Below, one piece after another: positions 59,909 through 64,000 of a stretch of DNA of 64,000 nt. Origin of the DNA: an uncultured Nitrospiraceae bacterium (GTDB lineage Bacteria; Nitrospirota; Nitrospiria; Nitrospirales; Nitrospiraceae); the NCBI GenBank assembly GCA_963846575.1, contig CAWJWJ010000001.1:640001-704000 (forward strand), written 5' to 3'. The notes beneath the pieces are model-generated. The model had not been told where the DNA came from, made no database searches, and was given only the letters and a program-made list of their open reading frames with translations. Positions within the stretch are counted from its first letter, which is position 1. Every line of letters starts with the position of its first letter. The translations under genes were made by a program, and so were the position numbers.

Positions 59909-60273
59909 CATAACTCTCTTCTCCTAAATATCTTTCAGCTAAAGAGAAGAATCGGAGTCGTCGGAGTAGGAGTAGGCTATGTGGGTTCTGTGGATGAAGG
60001 AGAAGAGGTCGGTGGGTGTTGATGATTGCGCAGTCTGGCCCATGTTGATGAGATGGTGTATAAGGCATGGGGCGCTCAAGGATAAGGTGGGGCCGCTTGT
60101 GTATGAGGTGGATCGGTGAATGGTCGGGGGGCTGGATATCCACAAGAATCGAGAACGCGACCTTGTGCAATGATGAGAAAAGGCCGGGATTCTTCAACAG
60201 TCTATGTATTTATCCACACCTGTGCATAAAGCTGTGAACATTTATAAGTATTTGAATTTGTAAGGTTAATTAG
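59909..60273. other. Chromosomal replication origin oriC
   Basis: Intergenic region before dnaA with DnaA boxes TTATCCACA (60210-60218), TTATGCACA (minus, 60221-60229), ATATCCACA (60136-60144) and TCATCCACA (minus, 59989-59997); trio-like repeat at 59951-59974; AT-rich flanks; gene-strand bias fits. Confidence 0.88.
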
Positions 60274-61608
60274 ATGTGGAATGATGCACTAGCGTATATT
60301 TACGAAAAGGTCCCGAAGCAGGTCTATGAAACCTGGTTTACGCCGGTGGTACTCGATCGCATCGAGGAGACGACCGCCTATCTGGCCGTCCCGAACAAGT
60401 TTTTTGGCGACTGGCTGGACGAGCACTATCACGAGCTCCTGGCAGAGGCCGTCTCATTGGCGCAGGGCGGCGGGCATTTAGATATCTCCTTCGTCATCAA
60501 CAACAGAAAAGCTCCCGCACCGGCTCAGCAGGAGACGGTTGCTCCGGATACTGCCGGACGGGGCTTCGTGGCGTCGCGATCCAAACGCGGCGTGCAGCTG
60601 AATCCCAAATACACGTTTAAGAGTTTTGTGGTCGGGGCCGGAAACCAATTTGCCCATGCCGCCTGCATGGCCGTGGCTGAACAACCGGCCAAGGCCTACA
60701 ATCCACTGTTTCTGTACGGAGGTGTGGGACTCGGGAAAACCCACTTGCTCAACGCCATCGGGAACTATCTGGCCGAGCGAAGCGATCTGCGGATTGCCTA
60801 CCTGACCACCGAACAATTCACAAACGAGGTCATCAACTCAATCAGATACGACAAGATGATCGATCTGCGGAAGCGCTATCGCAGCGTCGATATGCTGATG
60901 ATCGATGACATTCAGTTTCTGGCCGGCAAGGAACGCACTCAGGAAGAGTTTTTCCATACCTTCAATACGCTGTATGAAGCCCGCAAACAGATCGTGCTGT
61001 CGAGCGATCGCTTTCCCAAGGACATGCCCGACATCGAAGAGCGCCTTCGATCGCGGTTCGAGTGGGGACTCATTGCCGATCTACAGCCGCCGGATGTCGA
61101 AACCAGAATCGCCATCCTGCGCAAGAAGTCGGAGGATGAGCGGATCGCGTTGCCGGAGGACGTGATCCATTTCCTTGCGACGACGATGAAGAACAACATT
61201 CGAGAGTTGGAAGGTTCACTCGTGCGTGTCGGAGCCTATTCATCGCTTACCGGGCAGACCATCACGCTCGAAATGGCGAAAAATGTTTTGCGCGACCTGA
61301 TCGGCGACAAGAAAAAGATCGTGTCGATCGAAGATATTCAAGAGGCGGTTGGTACGAAATATCATCTCAAGATCGTCGATTTGAAGTCGCGGCGGCGCAG
61401 CAAAACGCTGGTCCATCCGCGGCAAATCGCCATGTACCTCTGCCGGGAACTCACCGACGCGTCCTTCCCGGAAATCGGGCGGCAGTTCGGCGGGAAGGAC
61501 CATACGACCATTATCCATGCCTGCCGGCAGATCACCAAGGCCAAGGAAGCCGATACCACGCTGCAGAGTACGCTGGAAGGCCTGAAGGAACAGATCCTGA
61601 GGGCGTAA
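60274..61608 (+). CDS. dnaA: Chromosomal replication initiator DnaA
   Basis: YNPLFLYGGVGLGKTHL, DDIQF, QEEFFHTFN, RLRSRF and GGKDHTT motifs. Confidence 0.99.
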   Translation: MWNDALAYIYEKVPKQVYETWFTPVVLDRIEETTAYLAVPNKFFGDWLDEHYHELLAEAVSLAQGGGHLDISFVINNRKAPAPAQQETVAPDTAGRGFVASRSKRGVQLNPKYTFKSFVVGAGNQFAHAACMAVAEQPAKAYNPLFLYGGVGLGKTHLLNAIGNYLAERSDLRIAYLTTEQFTNEVINSIRYDKMIDLRKRYRSVDMLMIDDIQFLAGKERTQEEFFHTFNTLYEARKQIVLSSDRFPKDMPDIEERLRSRFEWGLIADLQPPDVETRIAILRKKSEDERIALPEDVIHFLATTMKNNIRELEGSLVRVGAYSSLTGQTITLEMAKNVLRDLIGDKKKIVSIEDIQEAVGTKYHLKIVDLKSRRRSKTLVHPRQIAMYLCRELTDASFPEIGRQFGGKDHTTIIHACRQITKAKEADTTLQSTLEGLKEQILRA

Positions 61609-61632
61609 CGCCCCTTTGAGGGAGAGACCGAC

Positions 61633-62763
61633 ATGAAGGTACGCATCGGACGAGAGGAACTTCTCACTGGCCTGCAGCGGGTGCAGGGAGTCGTCGAAAA
61701 ACGGAATACCATGCCGATCCTCTCGAACATCCTGTTGGAGGCCAAACACGACGGGGCGGAGATTGTGGCGACCGACCTGGAGATCGGCATGCGGGGTCTC
61801 TACAAAGCGGCGGTCCTCGAGGCCGGCGGCGTCACCCTCTCGGCGCGCAAGTTGTACGAGATCATCAAGGAGTTGCCCAACGGGGAGATTGAACTCACGT
61901 CCGCGGATAACAATTGGACCACGATTCAGGCTGGAAAAAGCCAGTTTAAGGTCGTCGGCCTCCCCAGCGGCGACTATCCCGCATTGCCTTCCATCGAGCG
62001 CGAGGGCCTGACGCCGCTGGCCGGGGCAGGATTACTGGAGTTGATCCGCAAAACCCTCTTTGCCGCCGGCGACAATGATGCCCGGTATATTCTGAACGGC
62101 CTGCTCGTGAGCCTGACGACCACAGAGAAAAAAACCACCCTGTTGCGTCTCGTCGGGACGGACGGCCATCGATTAGCCGTGGCGGAGCGAGAGGTGGGAA
62201 CGGCGGGTGCCAAGCAGCCGGCGCAGGACATCAAGGCGATTATTCCGAAAAAGGCCGCCCAGGAAATGCGGCGCCTGCTTGAAGAAGGCGGTGATGCCGA
62301 ACCATTGATCGGATTCACGAAGAACCTCATGATCTTCCGCAAGAGCGGCCTCCTCCTGACCTCACGCCTGATGGAAGGCAACTATCCGAACTATCAACAG
62401 GTGGTGCCGAAGGAAAGTAACCGGCGCATCTCGGTCAACCGGGTATTGCTGGAAAGCGCCTTGCGCCGGGTGTCGGTCCTGTCCAAGGATAAGGCCAATG
62501 CCGTGAAGGTGACCTTTGCGCCCGGCGGAATGACGTTGTTTTCGAGTAATCCTGATTACGGGGAAGCCACAGAAGACCTGGCGGCCCACTACGAAGGCGA
62601 GCCGCTCAATACCGGCTTTAACGCACGCTACCTCTTGGACGCCCTCAGCGTCATGGATGGCGAATCGGTCTCGTTACAGATGGACACCGCATTGAGTCCC
62701 TGCCTGATTCAGGAGGCCGAGAGCCCGGGGTTCAAGTGTGTCGTAATGCCGATCAAAATCTGA
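61633..62763 (+). CDS. dnaN: DNA polymerase III beta sliding clamp
   Basis: PILSN, ATDLE, TDGHRL, G.YPNY, FNARYL and VVMP motifs. Confidence 0.98.
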   Translation: MKVRIGREELLTGLQRVQGVVEKRNTMPILSNILLEAKHDGAEIVATDLEIGMRGLYKAAVLEAGGVTLSARKLYEIIKELPNGEIELTSADNNWTTIQAGKSQFKVVGLPSGDYPALPSIEREGLTPLAGAGLLELIRKTLFAAGDNDARYILNGLLVSLTTTEKKTTLLRLVGTDGHRLAVAEREVGTAGAKQPAQDIKAIIPKKAAQEMRRLLEEGGDAEPLIGFTKNLMIFRKSGLLLTSRLMEGNYPNYQQVVPKESNRRISVNRVLLESALRRVSVLSKDKANAVKVTFAPGGMTLFSSNPDYGEATEDLAAHYEGEPLNTGFNARYLLDALSVMDGESVSLQMDTALSPCLIQEAESPGFKCVVMPIKI

Positions 62764-62784
62764 CGCTTCACCCCTAGGAGTTGA

Positions 62785-64000
62785 ATGGCCAAGGACGACC
62801 AGCAGGACAATTCTGCCAAGCCGAAATCCGACAGTTACAGCGCGGATCAAATCAAAGTTCTCGAGGGCCTCGACGCGGTCCGGAAGCGGCCGGCGATGTA
62901 CATCGGCAGCACGGGGCCGGATGGATTGCACCATCTCGTCTACGAGGTCGTGGACAACAGCGTCGACGAGCACATGGCCGGGTTCGGAGAGGCGATCGAG
63001 GTCATGGTTCACATCGACGGCAGCGTCACGGTCGTGGACAACGGGCGCGGCATTCCAACCGGGATGCATTCCACCCAAAAGAAGTCCGCCGCGGAAGTCG
63101 CCCTCACCGTTCTGCACGCCGGCGGTAAGTTCGAACAGGGCGCCTATACGGTCTCGGGTGGCTTGCACGGAGTCGGCATTTCAGTGGTGAATGCCCTCTC
63201 CGAGTGGCTGGAACTGGAAATCTGGCAGGACGGACAGGTCTTTGAGCAACGTTATGAACGGGGCAAGCCAACGGCGCCGCTGGGCGTCACGGGCAAGACG
63301 AAGCGCCGGGGAACCAAGGTGCGGTTCAAGGCGGACGGCCAGATCTTTGAGTCGTTGGAATACAGCTTCGATGTGCTGGCCCAACGACTTCGCGAGCTGG
63401 CCTTTCTCAATAAGGGGTTGGCCATCACCCTCAAGGATGACCGCTCGGAGAAGGAGCAGGTCTTCCACTACAAGGGCGGCATCGTGTCCTTTATCGACCA
63501 TCTCAACGAGGCAAAAACGCCGTTGCATAAGCCCATCTATGTTCAGGCGGAGAAGTCGGACCTCCTCCTTGAAGTGGCCATGCAGTACAACGATGGGTAC
63601 GCGGAAAACCTTTTCTCGTTTGCGAACAACATCAACACGAAAGAGGGCGGAACCCATCTGGTGGGTTTCAAAGCGGCGCTGACCCGCACCATCAACAATT
63701 ACGCCAATGCCAACGATCTCCTCAAGAAGGAAACCGAATCGCTGAGCGGTGACGATGTGCGGGAAGGCCTGACCGCGGTGGTGAGTGTGAAGGTCCGCAA
63801 TCCGCAGTTCGAGGGGCAGACAAAGGCCAAACTCGGCAACAGCGAGGTCAAAGGCATCGTCGAAGCGGCGGTCAACGACGCGCTGGGCACCTACTTCGAA
63901 GAAAATCCTCCCGTGGCCCGCAAGATCATCGGCAAGGCGATTGATGCCGCACGTGCCCGCGAAGCGGCGCGCAAGGCGAAAGACCTGATTCGCCGGAAGA
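62785..64000 (+). CDS. gyrB: DNA gyrase subunit B, runs off the window end
   Basis: Manual translation: MAKDD...YSADQIKVLEGLDAVRKRPAMYIG, EVVDNS, DNGRGIP, LHAGGKF, SGGLHGVG and PQFEGQTK. Confidence 0.98.
   Translation, partial: MAKDDQQDNSAKPKSDSYSADQIKVLEGLDAVRKRPAMYIGSTGPDGLHHLVYEVVDNSVDEHMAGFGEAIEVMVHIDGSVTVVDNGRGIPTGMHSTQKKSAAEVALTVLHAGGKFEQGAYTVSGGLHGVGISVVNALSEWLELEIWQDGQVFEQRYERGKPTAPLGVTGKTKRRGTKVRFKADGQIFESLEYSFDVLAQRLRELAFLNKGLAITLKDDRSEKEQVFHYKGGIVSFIDHLNEAKTPLHKPIYVQAEKSDLLLEVAMQYNDGYAENLFSFANNINTKEGGTHLVGFKAALTRTINNYANANDLLKKETESLSGDDVREGLTAVVSVKVRNPQFEGQTKAKLGNSEVKGIVEAAVNDALGTYFEENPPVARKIIGKAIDAARAREAARKAKDLIRRK

Noticed and set aside
59892..60197. Minus-strand ORFs in the dnaA upstream region
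   Set aside because: They overlap the DnaA-box cluster and have no protein-like features or SD.
1..64000. CRISPR arrays, tRNA/rRNA genes, IS elements, prophage or defence systems
   Set aside because: No regularly spaced repeats, cloverleaf sequences, or transposase, integrase or phage motifs seen by eye. A tRNAscan/Infernal run would be needed to exclude small RNAs.

Overview
GC-rich bacterial chromosomal window that contains the replication origin. The right end reads hisS, a dsrEFH/tusDCB-like triplet, oriC, dnaA, dnaN and gyrB (partial). Most genes left of the origin lie on the minus strand, as expected for a leading strand. Gene content and protein style suggest a Nitrospira-like organism; this is inference, not a database result. 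The window is mainly housekeeping and accessory metabolism: dtd, murJ, a lemA/TPM operon, xth, mscS, leuCD, corA, msrA, tldD/tldE, sulP, ettA, selO, a thyX-like gene and a hybrid kinase-Hpt-receiver phosphorelay. I found no rRNA, tRNA, CRISPR array, transposase or prophage. The most notable observations are: (1) a Bacillus-style DnaA-box/DnaA-trio unwinding motif at the dnaA-distal edge of oriC; (2) a sulfur-relay-like operon flanked by DnaA boxes and IHF-like sites; (3) a frameshifted relic of the DabA (DUF2309) inorganic-carbon pump with its PII-like partner still intact; (4) a phosphorelay ending in a pseudo-receiver, behind a sigma28-like promoter; (5) two small Cys/His metal-binding ORFs missed by the ORF track; (6) a frameshifted ogt. 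All product calls come from motif recognition by eye.
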